NCBI GenBank assembly: GCA_964016885.1 | Contig: OZ024741.1 | Span: 42,594,001 to 42,658,000, forward strand | Reading direction: 5' to 3' | Length of the DNA: 64,000 nt | Origin: Eledone cirrhosa | Lineage: Eukaryota | Shown here: piece after piece, positions 37,733 through 49,638 of the stretch | How the letters are laid out: every line of letters starts with the position of its first letter | How positions within the stretch are numbered: the stretch's first letter is position 1 | The notes under the pieces: generated by a model | Databases searched by the model: none | What the model saw: the letters and a program-made list of their open reading frames with translations, nothing else | What the model was told of the DNA's origin: nothing | Program-made: the position numbers and the translations under genes

Positions 37733-38251
37733 ATACATATATACACATATATACACAGGGAGTGTAACGCAAAGTTACTGTAGGTTCACCCAGGTGAGCA
37801 CCGGATGTTTAGGTTCACAGGCTCGACGAGCTTTTGATTCCAGAGTCGGGCCAGATCGATACAGATCGAACCTTGAGCTGATGAATAGCAAAACGTGCGT
37901 CACCAATCAATAAACGTAATGAAAGCTTAACCAATCGTCATTGTATTATATGTATATATATGTGTGTGTGTGTTTGTGTAGTTTACATTAAATATCATAC
38001 ATTTAACATGTATGTGCCTGACCATGTAAGATTAAAACAAAAGACCTTACAATACGGAGAGAGATTACAGCTTATGTGGTCAATATCTGAAGTGGGCAGA
38101 CAGAATGTGGACCAAGCTTTGGGTGGATTTTAAAGTTGGTGTCGACATCATTTGGTAAATGTTGATAGAATATTTTCCTCATCATATATATACCGGCCTA
38201 TTTTCAATACACCCCACCACCACACACTCACACACACACACACACACACAC

Positions 38252-38324
<73 letters not shown>

Positions 38325-38479
38325 ATATATAAATAAATTAATACATGTTTACACATATATATTGAAGAAAACTGAGATTGAAGAGAGCTGGGGAAGAGGA
38401 ATATATCTATATAAATAGATACATGCATAAATGCATGCATACACACACAACACACACACACACATATATATATATATAT

Positions 38480-38760
38480 TTGTGTTGGTGTTCTGAAATA
38501 GAGATGTAAATATGAATGTATGTATTATATATCTAATTATATACTGATGTTTATTTAAAAAATATTTTGAATGCCTTTCGGTATGAATTTAAGGTAGCGA
38601 CTATAGTCACATACCTAGCTTCAGCAAGAACAAAAGGATGGTTGTTTGTTGAAGCTAGGTATGTGACTAGAGTCGCTACCTTATTGCGAAAGGCCTTCAA
38701 AATATTTTAAAATAAACATACATTATATAATTAAATATGCAATGCGTACATTCATATACA
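38480..38760. mobile_element. Fold-back mini-element, relative of family D
   Basis: aaggtagcgacta..agtcacatacctagcttca / tgaagctaggtatgtgactagagtcgctacctt; GAAA-ggcc-T at ~38688. Confidence 0.65.
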
Positions 38761-38899
38761 TATATATATGCATACATACACACATCCACAATCGCACGCA
38801 TACACACACACATAAAATGTATCTAATTGAGCGTAGATCTGCATATACATTAAAGCTCCGATGTGTGGCAAATGACTTGGTAGACCCACAAAATTATAA

Positions 38900-39490
38900 T
38901 CCCTCTTTCAAACAACCACCTGAGCACCTTTTTGAATTCCATGTGTCTAACACCCGTGGATATACTTACAAGATCAGAAAACAGCACATTACTCATGACT
39001 TCCGAAAACATTTTTTCACGCTCAGAGTTGCTGAAGCATGGAAGAAACTACCTACATCAGTTGTTAGCTGTCGGGATACTGCATCATTCAAAACTTCATT
39101 GCTTCCTGAAATTCGCCAAAACTACACCTGATATTCTCCTTCCATACACACATATGCTTGTGTCTGTGGGTATATCTTGACGCATACACTGTTCCCTTTT
39201 CTGACATTTCTACATTTGGATTGGCAGTATCGGTAGAGAATCGTATGCCATGCTTTGCAGCATAGAGTTACGTCCCTTTACGGTTTGAGTTCAAATCCCG
39301 CCGAGGTTAACTTTGCCTTTCATCCTTACTGGATCGATAAAGTACCGGTAAAGTACTGGGATAATTGCTGGCCTTGTGCCAAAAGTAGAAACAATTATTA
39401 CCTGTACTATACATGCACATTTAATAAATTATAGTGCACATGAGCACTGTACACAATCATTTTCAATATTATTATCATCATTATTATTAT
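38900..39490 (+). mobile_element. CR1/L2-group LINE 3' end with (ATT)n tail, interrupted by a SINE
   Basis: TRGYTYKI...RKHFFTLRVAEAWKKLP..VV...SFK is a typical CR1-group C-terminus. Confidence 0.8.
39217..39399 (+). mobile_element. Nin-domain SINE
   Basis: tggattggcagtatcgg...gagttcaaatcccgccgagg..ctttgcctttcatcctt..atcgataaagtacc..ttgctggccttgtgcc. Confidence 0.75.
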
Positions 39491-40109
39491 GTATCCCTGG
39501 GCATCAATGTATGTTTGTGTGAGTATATATAATTAAACTGTATAAAGGACAATGATGATGTTGATATTGATGTGTATTTGTATGTGTTTGTGGACATGTA
39601 TTTCGCTTTATATGTATGTAGATATACATATATATATGTGTGTGTATGTGTGTATGTGTGTATGCCTGTATGTACGTATATATTAGAATGGAAACGTAAA
39701 ATATGGTGTATGTGTAGGAGCTTGTGTATGAGTATGTATGAATACGAGTACGTGTATGTGTATATGTGCCTTTATGTATTCGCCTGTGTACATGTATTTG
39801 CATGTGCAACTTTGCGTGTATGTGTGTGTGTGTGCTAATGAATATGTAGGTGTTTGTATGAATACCACTAATTATTATTATATCTAAACATATAATGTTG
39901 TTTTTTACAAAGCCATCATTTCTATCTATCTTTACCACTATATTCCCATAATGCACTCTGACATGCAAAAAATGTATTTGTATTGCGTGATCAGTATTAA
40001 AACCACGAAAACCATAGAGCCAAACGAAGAATCACCCCAATAAAATAATAAAAATATACTATATTCTCTCCTTTGGAATCCAACACTTTCTCCTGCTGTT
40101 AGCAAATCT

Positions 40110-40340
40110 GAATGTATGGGGATTTGCGATCCAGTTGATCGAACTACGAACCAGCCTACTCGACAAAATATAGCGACACATTAAATAACATGATTCCCAG
40201 GGAGCCTTGGTATGACTGTGAGTGACATGGCTCGCCGTTCGAATTACTGGTATAACACCTATTTGCTAGTGGACCGGACCAACGTTTCTTGCGATTGAGA
40301 GACAAACACCCTAATAACTAAGTTACACGCCTTCACACGG
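40110..40340 (-). mobile_element. Decayed tRNA-derived SINE
   Basis: Loose similarity to the body of the 36772 SINE; ends in cacgccttcac, the reverse complement of that SINE's head gtgaaggcgtg. Confidence 0.45.
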
Positions 40341-40511
40341 ATATACATATATGCATACGCTCAGCAAGGTACTCTCATGGAATGACCAAATGAGGTTTAT
40401 TTTTGAACGTAGTCCCTGGAAAGAAACAATTCAATTATTAATAAGAAGAATTAAAATTAATTCATGCAAGATTTCACAGTTCTATCAACACACAGTTCTA
40501 GCATCATACAC

Positions 40512-40574
<63 letters not shown>

Positions 40575-41432
40575 GTAATCTGAGTTTTTCGAATATTAAT
40601 GATAATATTCGATTTGTTTGCAATTATGCAAGCAGCCTCTTTTATAAGCCATGTCAGTAGAATGAGTCCCTCATTCTCGTTCTTTGCTGTAGGTCTGAAA
40701 GCACACTGGCTATAAACCGGAGATTTATTTATTGTTTGACAGATAAGCATTTTCGTTGTATTAATTTAGTGAGAATGACAGGGAGAGTGCAAAGAAATAT
40801 ATAGTGTGTATGTGGTGTGAAGTGAAGTTGTAGATTCGTTATTTAAGTGGCCTATTCTAAAAGTTGAGATTGTTAGTTCGAATCATGGGGGTTTAGTTTT
40901 CACTAAATCTCCGGTTTAACTTTCAATAAATCTCCGGTTTATTGCCAGTGAGTTTTCAGACCTACAGCAAACGCATATACCTCATAAATCCTGACTCCAA
41001 GTACATTTTATCAGTTATCTCTTCATCATCTTAACACTACATCTAATGTACCTTATAGCAGTATTCACATGTCAATTTCACACATCTGTATCATATCAGT
41101 TCGTTTAATATGCTAGATTCATCATTATACTCTATCTCTTATTTATATTGATGTTATTATTTTAACTATTCAGTATCTAGTTATTTTATTATTGATATTA
41201 TTGTTCTGATATAATACCACTCCTCTATAAAAGCCATGCCTTGTGTATCTTCCTCACTTTCACATGCTCTGATGAAAACGACTGGTTGTAAACAAAGTAT
41301 TGGAGATCGATTGACGCAACATCAAGCGAGTAGCGAACTCTAGAAAAACCTACCAGATCAAAGAAACAATTGTCAGCAAAGTGAATAAAGCCCTTATTGT
41401 ATAGAAAACCATGTCACTCTTGTTTCTTGAAT
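40575..41432 (+). mobile_element. PLE pLTR with 5' inversion and an HHR with long stem II (41265-41378)
   Basis: Inverted repeats ~40683-40730/40925-40970; tgct-CTGATGA-(~85 nt)-GAAA-caattg-TC-agca, distal tcacttt/aaagtga. Confidence 0.75.
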
Positions 41433-41455
41433 TATATATATATGTATATATATAA

Positions 41456-42537
41456 CAAAGGAATTGTGGTAAGGAACCAGATGGACCATAACGCACCAGA
41501 GTACTCAATACTTAGGGTAGTAGAGTGGGAAATAGGAAAAGGTATGACCCCGACGGCAGAGCTCAAGACGTTTCGACGGCTATTTCAGGACTAAATTTTT
41601 AGCCTGGTGAATAAATAGCCGAACTTGTCAAGGGGATACTTCCTTATATGGGAAGATTGTAGTTGTCAAGAGGATTGGTTAAAATTTGTTGTAAACACAT
41701 ATAAGTCTATCATGGCATTTGGTGGGAGGTAGCGGTGGCTGAACTTGCCTGTAGAACAATAGGGGAGTGAGTGGAGCGGTCAAGCGTTGAAAGTGATATG
41801 TATACAGCAGATTCTAAGGATAGTGTATGAAGTGGAGGAAAAAAATATATAAAATTAGAAAGTGAGAAATGAATAAACAAATCACAATACTATCTTACAA
41901 TTACAGGTTAATATGTTGAGAATAAAAAAAACTTGTAGAAATTACAAAACTGATACAAATTAAAGGGGTTTAACACATCTGATATAAGTAGTTAGCAAAA
42001 CGTATTCGGCCAATTCTATCTTAAATTTACAGGGGTGGGGGAACCAATGCTACAGAGGCCCGATGGGCTGCGTCGGTATAGGCGAAAGGGGAAAAGCAGG
42101 CGAAGAAGAAAATAGGGGGTGGAAGGAAGTGATAAGATGAGACAGTTTTTTCTATTCTCAACTTATTAACCTGTTATTGTAAGTTAGTATTGTGATTTTT
42201 TTTCATTCATTTCTCACTTTCTAATTTTATATATTTTTTCTTTCTTTCTAGTATCTTTTATTGTCTCCTACTCTCATTTACCTATTTATAACTTCCCTCC
42301 TCCACTTCATACACTATCCTTAGAATCTGCTGTATACATATCACTTTCAACGCTTGACCGCTCCATTCACTCCCCTATTGTTCTACAAGCAAGTTCAGCC
42401 ACCCCTACCTCCCATCAAATGCCATGATAGACTTATTTGTGTTTACAACAGATTTTAACCAATCCTCTTGACAACTACAATCTTTCCATATAAGGAAGTA
42501 CGCCCTTGATAAGTTCGTCTATTTGTTCACCAAGCTA

Positions 42538-42540
<3 letters not shown>
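41456..42540 (-). mobile_element. Longest family A copy: pLTR with complete HHR (41548-41635) and a ~350 bp inverted arm
   Basis: Arms ~41600-41935/42147-42538; minus strand cccc-TTGACAA-stem II-GAAA-stem III-GTC-gggg; TA at both ends. Confidence 0.8.
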
Positions 42541-42614
<74 letters not shown>

Positions 42615-42616
<2 letters not shown>

Positions 42617-43124
42617 GGGGTAACAAATAATAGTTAAATGCAGTCCACCTAGGTAAAGTCCAGTTATGGTATTCCAGGTAGTGGATGATATTAACGCTTG
42701 GCTTGGTTTGACTCAACATGGCGTTTTCATAGTGATGTTGCGGGTATGCCGTAGTTCCTATGTTGTAAACACTTGGAGTAATAATAAATCAGGAAAGAAG
42801 GTTGACATAGTTTTACACGCCGTAACGTTAGATACATTATATACCCCCACCTAAGTAATGTCAGGGTCTCCTTAAATAATTTGATAGCATTGTTGTAATT
42901 GTTGTTATTGTTCTAATTGAATGCCATTACTACTTCATATAGTAGCCTGTATATTCTTTTCTTGCCTGTGTATTTTCTTCATTCTCGCATAGTCCGAAGA
43001 TCTGACTAGTTATACTTTTGTATTGGCGATCGAGTAACGCGAAAATATGCTCAGTGAAACAAATGTAAGCTATGTGATTAAACCTTTTGTGTATAGCAAA
43101 CCATGTCAACCTTCTTTCCTGATT

Positions 43125-43125
<1 letters not shown>
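42615..43125 (+). mobile_element. PLE pLTR fragment with HHR motif (42988-43074, CCGAAGA core)
   Basis: catag..CCGAAGA-t-ctga...tcag-t-GAAA-caaatg-TA-agctatg; tail resembles 41390-41432; in (TA)n. Confidence 0.6.
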
Positions 43126-43211
<86 letters not shown>

Positions 43212-43212
43212 G

Positions 43213-43246
<34 letters not shown>

Positions 43247-43306
43247 TATATATATAGCTATATACACATGTGTGTGTGCGTGTGTGTGTCTGTGTGTGTG
43301 TGTGCC

Positions 43307-43339
<33 letters not shown>

Positions 43340-43602
43340 TAGTGGGTGTGTGTATAGACACTAACATATATTTCTGTTCTGTAATATCAGGGTTATGAAA
43401 GAAGGCTTTTCCAAAGCTGAGACAGTATCTGATATTCTCGCTCTTCATATTCACAAAGAAGCTGAATCTTTGATGGTGAAGCTGTATATACTACATGTAT
43501 GTATGTATGTATGTATGTATGTATGTATGTATGTATGTATGTATGTATGTATGCACGAATGTATGTATATATGTATCTGTGTGTTTATACATGCATATAC
43601 GT

Positions 43603-43634
<32 letters not shown>

Positions 43635-43723
43635 TAATGAATATATACGTATATTCTTATATATATACATAAACATATATTTATATATATTGATTTAGGT
43701 GTATATATTCGTATGTATATATA

Positions 43724-43754
<31 letters not shown>

Positions 43755-43865
43755 CTATATATATATAAATATATATATTAATGAATATATACGTATATTC
43801 TTATATATATACATAAACATATATTTATATATATTGATTTAGGTGTATATATTTGTATGTATATA

Positions 43866-43905
<40 letters not shown>

Positions 43906-43919
43906 TATATATGTACATT

Positions 43920-43954
<35 letters not shown>

Positions 43955-43955
43955 T

Positions 43956-44039
<84 letters not shown>

Positions 44040-44362
44040 TATATATATATATATATACACACATACACATAAACCAGTATGATTTCATCTCATCTTCTGG
44101 CTGGCAATATCGAACTGTTATTTGGCGAGTTCAAATGTTTGTCTATAGTAATAAAAACGAAAAGGAGATTATATCCATTGAAGAAGAAAACATATCTAAA
44201 AATGAATGGCTGCAGCTATAATGCAAATAATATAAGAAGCCAAGATATAGCTATACTTATAGTGAGATGAAAGTGTTTCACGGTGACACGACATTGCCAT
44301 CTTCCTAAACAGTCAATTCAGAGGACATAAAATGAAGACGACATATCAGTTGCAGTTATATC

Positions 44363-45580
44363 ATTGTTGCTGTTGTTGTTGTTATTGTTGCGCTTGTTGT
44401 TGTTGCTGTTGTTGTTGTTATTGTTGCGCTTGTTGTTGTTGCTGTTGTTGTTGTTGTTGTTGCTGTTATAGTTCTTGCTGTTGTTGCTTTTGTTGTTGTT
44501 GTTGTTGTTGTTTTTGTTGTTTTTCTTGTTGCTGTTGTTGCTTTTGTTGTTGTTGTTGCTGTTGTTGTTGTTGTTGCTTTTGTTGTTGTTGTTGTTGCTG
44601 TTGCTGTTGTTGTTGCTTTTGTTGTTGTTATTGTTGCTGTTGTTGTTGCTGTTATTGCTGTTGTTGTTGTTGTTGTTGCTGTTGCTGTTGTTGTTGCTTT
44701 TGTTGTTGTTATTGTTGCTGTTGTTGTTGCTGTTATTTTATTGCTGTTGTTGTTGTTGCTTTTGTTGTTGCTGTTATTGTTGTGGTTGTTGTTGCTGTTA
44801 TTGCTGTTATTGTTGTGGTTGTTGTTGCTGTTATTGCTGTTATTGTTGTTGTTGCTTTTGTTGTTGTTATTGTTGCTGTTGCTGTTGTTGTTGCTTTTGT
44901 TGTTGCTGTTATTGTTGTGGTTGTTGTTGCTGTTATTGCTGTTGTTGTTGTTGTTTTTGCTTTTGTTGTTGTTATTGTTGCTGTTGCTGTTGTTGTTGCT
45001 TTTGTTGTTGCTGTTATTGTTGCTTTTGTTGTTACTGTTATTGCTGTTGTTGTTTTTTGTTGTTGTTGTTATTGTTGTGGTTGTTGTTGCTGTTATTGCT
45101 GTTGTTGTTTTTGCTGTTATTGCTGTTGTTGTTGTTGCTGCCGCTGCTGCTGCTGCTGCTGCTGCTGTTATTATCAGAGCGGCGATGATGACAACGACGA
45201 CGACCGCCATCACAACTAGCACCAGCACCAGCAGCAGCATCAGCAGCAGCACCACCAGCACCAGCATCAGCAGCAGCACCACCACCAGCACCACAAGCAC
45301 CAGCATCAGCAGCAGCACCACCACCAGCACCACCAGCACCACTAGCAACACCAGCACCACGACCAGCACCACCACCAGCACCAGCACCACGGTCAGCACC
45401 GCCAGCAGCACCACCAGCACCACCACCACCAGCACCACCAGCACCGCCAGCACCACCACCACCACCACCACCACCACCACCACCACCACCACCACCACCA
45501 CCACCAACACCACCAGCACAATACCACCAGCAGCACCACTAGCAGCACAATAACACCACCACCACCACCACCAGCACCAC
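44363..45580. repeat. (GTT/GCT)n followed by (CAC/CAG)n trinucleotide low-complexity array
   Basis: Seen directly; the ORFs are homopolymeric. Confidence 0.95.
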
Positions 45581-45584
45581 CATA

Positions 45585-45805
45585 ATAAAATAAAGCACCA
45601 GTAATGCACTGGGGTCGATTTAATCGACTTCCCCTTCTCCCAAAATTGCTGGCCTTGTGCCTATATAAGAAACCATTATTATTATTATTTGGATTGGCAG
45701 TATCGGTAGAGAGTCGGACACCATGCTTTGCAGCATAGAGTTACGGTCCTTTATGGTCTGAGTTCAAATCCCGCCGAGATTAACTTTGCCTTTCATCCTT
45801 ACGGG
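45585..45805 (+). mobile_element. Two adjacent Nin-domain SINE fragments (3' half, then 5' half) around a short (ATT)n
   Basis: Match to 39217-39399. Confidence 0.7.
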
Positions 45806-46276
45806 TGCGCTCACATACATTCTCTCTCTCTCTCTCTCTCTCACCTCACACTCATACACACGTGCATACATATTTATCTATCTGGCTCTCACTCTCTCTA
45901 TCCATCTATCTGTTTGTTTATCTATTTATTTCTACCCCACACCAACTCTCTGCTTTTCTATCCACCTCTTTCTCTCTTTAGTTGGCTGTTAGTTGGCTGA
46001 CTAACAGAAAACGAAGGACAAACTCGAACAGAGATATGAACTTTCTTCTCTAAATACGTAAGTAAAAACTAATAATTGTTCTTCTTCTTTTTATTATTCG
46101 TATAAATAAGCAACATAACTACATTATGCATATCCGCAGTTGAAAAAGCATATAATGCTGAAACCGTTATTATTAAATGCGGAAATATCCACTTTATAAA
46201 TAAATGTTTTGATATTATACTGAAAGAATCTCTTCAGCATTTACTACTGAAAAAATCTTTTTCCTCTCTACTATTT

Positions 46277-46390
<114 letters not shown>

Positions 46391-46584
46391 TCTGAAGACA
46401 GCATATATATGTGTAGGTATGTATATTTCCTCTGATAGTTTGTAAAATTTTTACATAGATCTATATGATATACATACCAACACACACATATATATCCTAG
46501 AAACGATCGTAAAATGATGAATTTTTTAATATAAGGAACTGTTTCTTTGTTTTTATTCATTGTTTTTATTGTTTTATATATATA

Positions 46585-47239
46585 TGAGGTATATGATTTT
46601 TAATGCGATGAAATACTAATGATCGTTGGCAAATCACTGATGAGGGACGCATTTTATAACATGTAATCCATGTGCAACCATGCAGTATTCTTCCACCCAT
46701 ATTTTTCACATATTTTTCACCTAAACTGTGAATCTGTGTTTCTCTCTTTCTCTCTTACTGCTCCCTCGTTCTCTCTGTTTCTCTTACTTTCTTTCGTCCC
46801 CTCTGTCATGTCAGTTAACACTTTCTCTCTACTGACCTCTTCCTCGCACTTCCACTCACTCACTTTCCGTTTCTGCCCTTCTTACCTCCTCCCGTTCGCT
46901 ACGAAAACGATTTTCCTTCTTTCTTACATAGGATCCACTAGCGGAAGGTCTGTTTCTTACTCGCACATGTATTCAAACAGAATACTGACAGAATAACCAT
47001 GTTGCTTGTGTTTCTTTCTATCTTCGGTTAGCTTTCCCCTGTGTTGTTTACTTGTCTCACTCGCTTTACGTATTTCAATTGTCCTAATAACTTATTTTAG
47101 TTATTATCGCACCAACGTGAGGTATATGATTTTTAATGCGATGAAATACCAATGATCCTTGGCAAATCACTGATGAGGGACTCATTTTATAACATGTAAT
47201 CCATGTGCAACCATGCAGTATTCTTCTCCCCATATTTTT

Positions 47240-47245
<6 letters not shown>
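46585..47245 (+). mobile_element. Partial-tandem non-coding element (~533 bp unit, ~128 bp direct repeat) ending at (TA)n
   Basis: 46585-46713 is repeated at 47118-47245; contains CTGATGA. Confidence 0.6.
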
Positions 47246-47334
<89 letters not shown>

Positions 47335-47741
47335 TGTATCCTTCTGCACAGTTTCCTTATACTAAATTCCACCCAAACCTTATTGGTCTAACCGAGGTTA
47401 TAGTATTATACACTTCCTAAAGCTATCCCAATACAAAAACAAGATTAGAAAACGCAAATGGAGTATTTGTATAATCCTTTTTTTAATTTAGAAATACGCA
47501 CTTCTATAGCCAAAAGCCTTTTAGAAGTTAACAGAAATACATTTTTCGAAACTGCATGCAAACTGGAAGTGTTAAACTAAACTTTTACGAAAGTCAGAAT
47601 ATCCATGAGTGAGATTGGTTTCACGTTTAGCTAATATCACAAAACCTCAATGAAACATTCTAACAAAACTACAAAATATAATTGTAATAATATGGTTTCA
47701 GATCAGAAATTTCTGCGGCAAAAAAATCGATTACAACGACA

Positions 47742-48050
47742 TTGGTGGATTGGCAGAAACTGTTGCGCATCAGACAAAATGTTTTGCAGTATTTAGTCAT
47801 GGCCCTTTACGTTCTGAGTACAAATCCAACCAAGGTTAGCTTTGCCCTACATTCCTAAAATAAAGTACCAGTCGATTTAGTCGACTTGCTCCTACCCTTA
47901 AAATGCTGGCTTTGTGTCAAATGTAGAAAGAATTATATTTTCTCAACCTCAGAAGGATGAAATACAAAGTTGACGTTGACATGTTTTGAATTCCTGACGT
48001 CAAGAACCAGAAAAATACTGCTTAATATTTGTTCGACGCTCTGACGATAT
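47742..48050. mobile_element. Nin-domain SINE (+) followed by an inverted decayed copy (-)
   Basis: Similarity to the 39217 copy. Confidence 0.6.
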
Positions 48051-48109
48051 TAAACAGCAATTTGTTTTTATAAGTAACTGTGCAGAAATATATATCCACA
48101 CCGATTATT

Positions 48110-48745
48110 CTCTATTTTGTTTTACAAACCTGTATATACAAAAACAAAATACTATTAAACAAAACAAAAGAATATAGGAAAATAAGAAGAAAAAAGAACT
48201 GAGCAACGAAAGAAAGAGAGATTGGAAGGAACACACAATACATCTCAGTGCGAGTTGTGTTTCAGAGACCAGTACAAAGAGGAACCAGTCGGCCAGGCCC
48301 CGGTTTTGTGGTCGAAGCGACAAGGCTGGAGGTAGAGAACAAGTCGCAGCACGTAGCGTCCCAAATTAGGGATTAGCCACTCCCGGATGGGAAGAGGGTT
48401 AATGCATCGGAGCGCTTGCTTCACCACAGCCGAAAGCAGCCGGCTCCATTTGTGATGGAAAAAAGACTGCGTCGAGGCTTCTTCTTCTGATGTCGTTCAG
48501 AGCGGCGTGTCTAGGGGCCCGCCCTGCACTAAGGCAACGCGTGCAGACCGATCTCATCAAAAACTGCTCCACGGCGGTATTTTTGTGGCACACACGCGTC
48601 GAACCCCAGGTGCTGTGCCACTCCAATGTGGATACTCTCATCAACAAGGGCACCGGTTGATGAAGAAGACATCAACTGGAACCAAGCACTACTGTTTGGT
48701 TGCGAGGTGGAGCGTCGGCAGGTGAGACGGTTTTGGGCTAAGGCA
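48110..48745 (-). pseudogene. CRE-clade-like RLE non-LTR retrotransposon 3' fragment
   Basis: GRAPRHAALNDI.RRSL..P...EP and LIWDATC motifs, with frameshifts. Confidence 0.7.
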
Positions 48746-49237
48746 GACTCGATCCGTAATTATTTCAATGTAATAACATATCCGTTAACAACAATTGTTT
48801 AGTTAGATCCGTCGTATATCATTAAATATTGGTAACAAGCAATGATTCCTACTAAGTAAAAGAGTCGGTTGTCCGACCAGTTCAAACAAACTACTATTTC
48901 TTTGATCTTTTAATTGCTGATACTATCTGATGGTCGAAACTACTGGAAGAAGCGTCACCACTTTATCCGGTGTCCTACGGCGAGATTTCATCACAGAATT
49001 AAAAAAGTCAAAACAAATACAACATAGCGTCCCATATCACGATTTGAAAATTCCATTAACCCACTGCCACTGGACTATATTTATCGACCACGAATGCATC
49101 GACCCAGAGAGCAAAACTGACCGCGATGGGATTTGAAATCAATGCAGAAATTTGAATCAAATATTGTAAACCCTTTAATCTGACACTTTAAAGGTTCTGA
49201 CATTTTGTTGATTAAAAGACAACAAAATAATAATTGT

Positions 49238-49410
49238 TTCTTCTTTGGGCACAAGGCCAGCAATTACCCAGTGCATTACTGGTACTTTATTTTATCGATG
49301 CCGTAAGGATGAAAGGCAAAGTTAACATCGGCGGGATTAGAACTCAGACCGTAAAGTCACGTAACTATGCTAGAAAGCATGGTGTCCGACCCTCCACTGC
49401 CAATTCACCG
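49238..49410 (-). mobile_element. Nin-domain SINE
   Basis: Reverse complement resembles 39217-39399. Confidence 0.7.
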
Positions 49411-49577
49411 ATAATAAGAACAAAGTAGAGTTGTTACATATGAAGTTTATTGCTTAACCCTGTTACACCTCTACTTATTATATACACTCTGTTCTTATTA
49501 TATACACTCTGTTCTACATCGAATGCTGGCATTGTTACTCTCATCAGTTTTCTCCGGACTTACTGAACCTTTTGCAC

Positions 49578-49638
<61 letters not shown>

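Noticed and set aside
44356-45609. 417 aa and 295 aa ORFs as a mucin-like or Cys-rich gene
   Set aside because: Open on both strands and in several frames because of trinucleotide repeats; no splice or domain evidence
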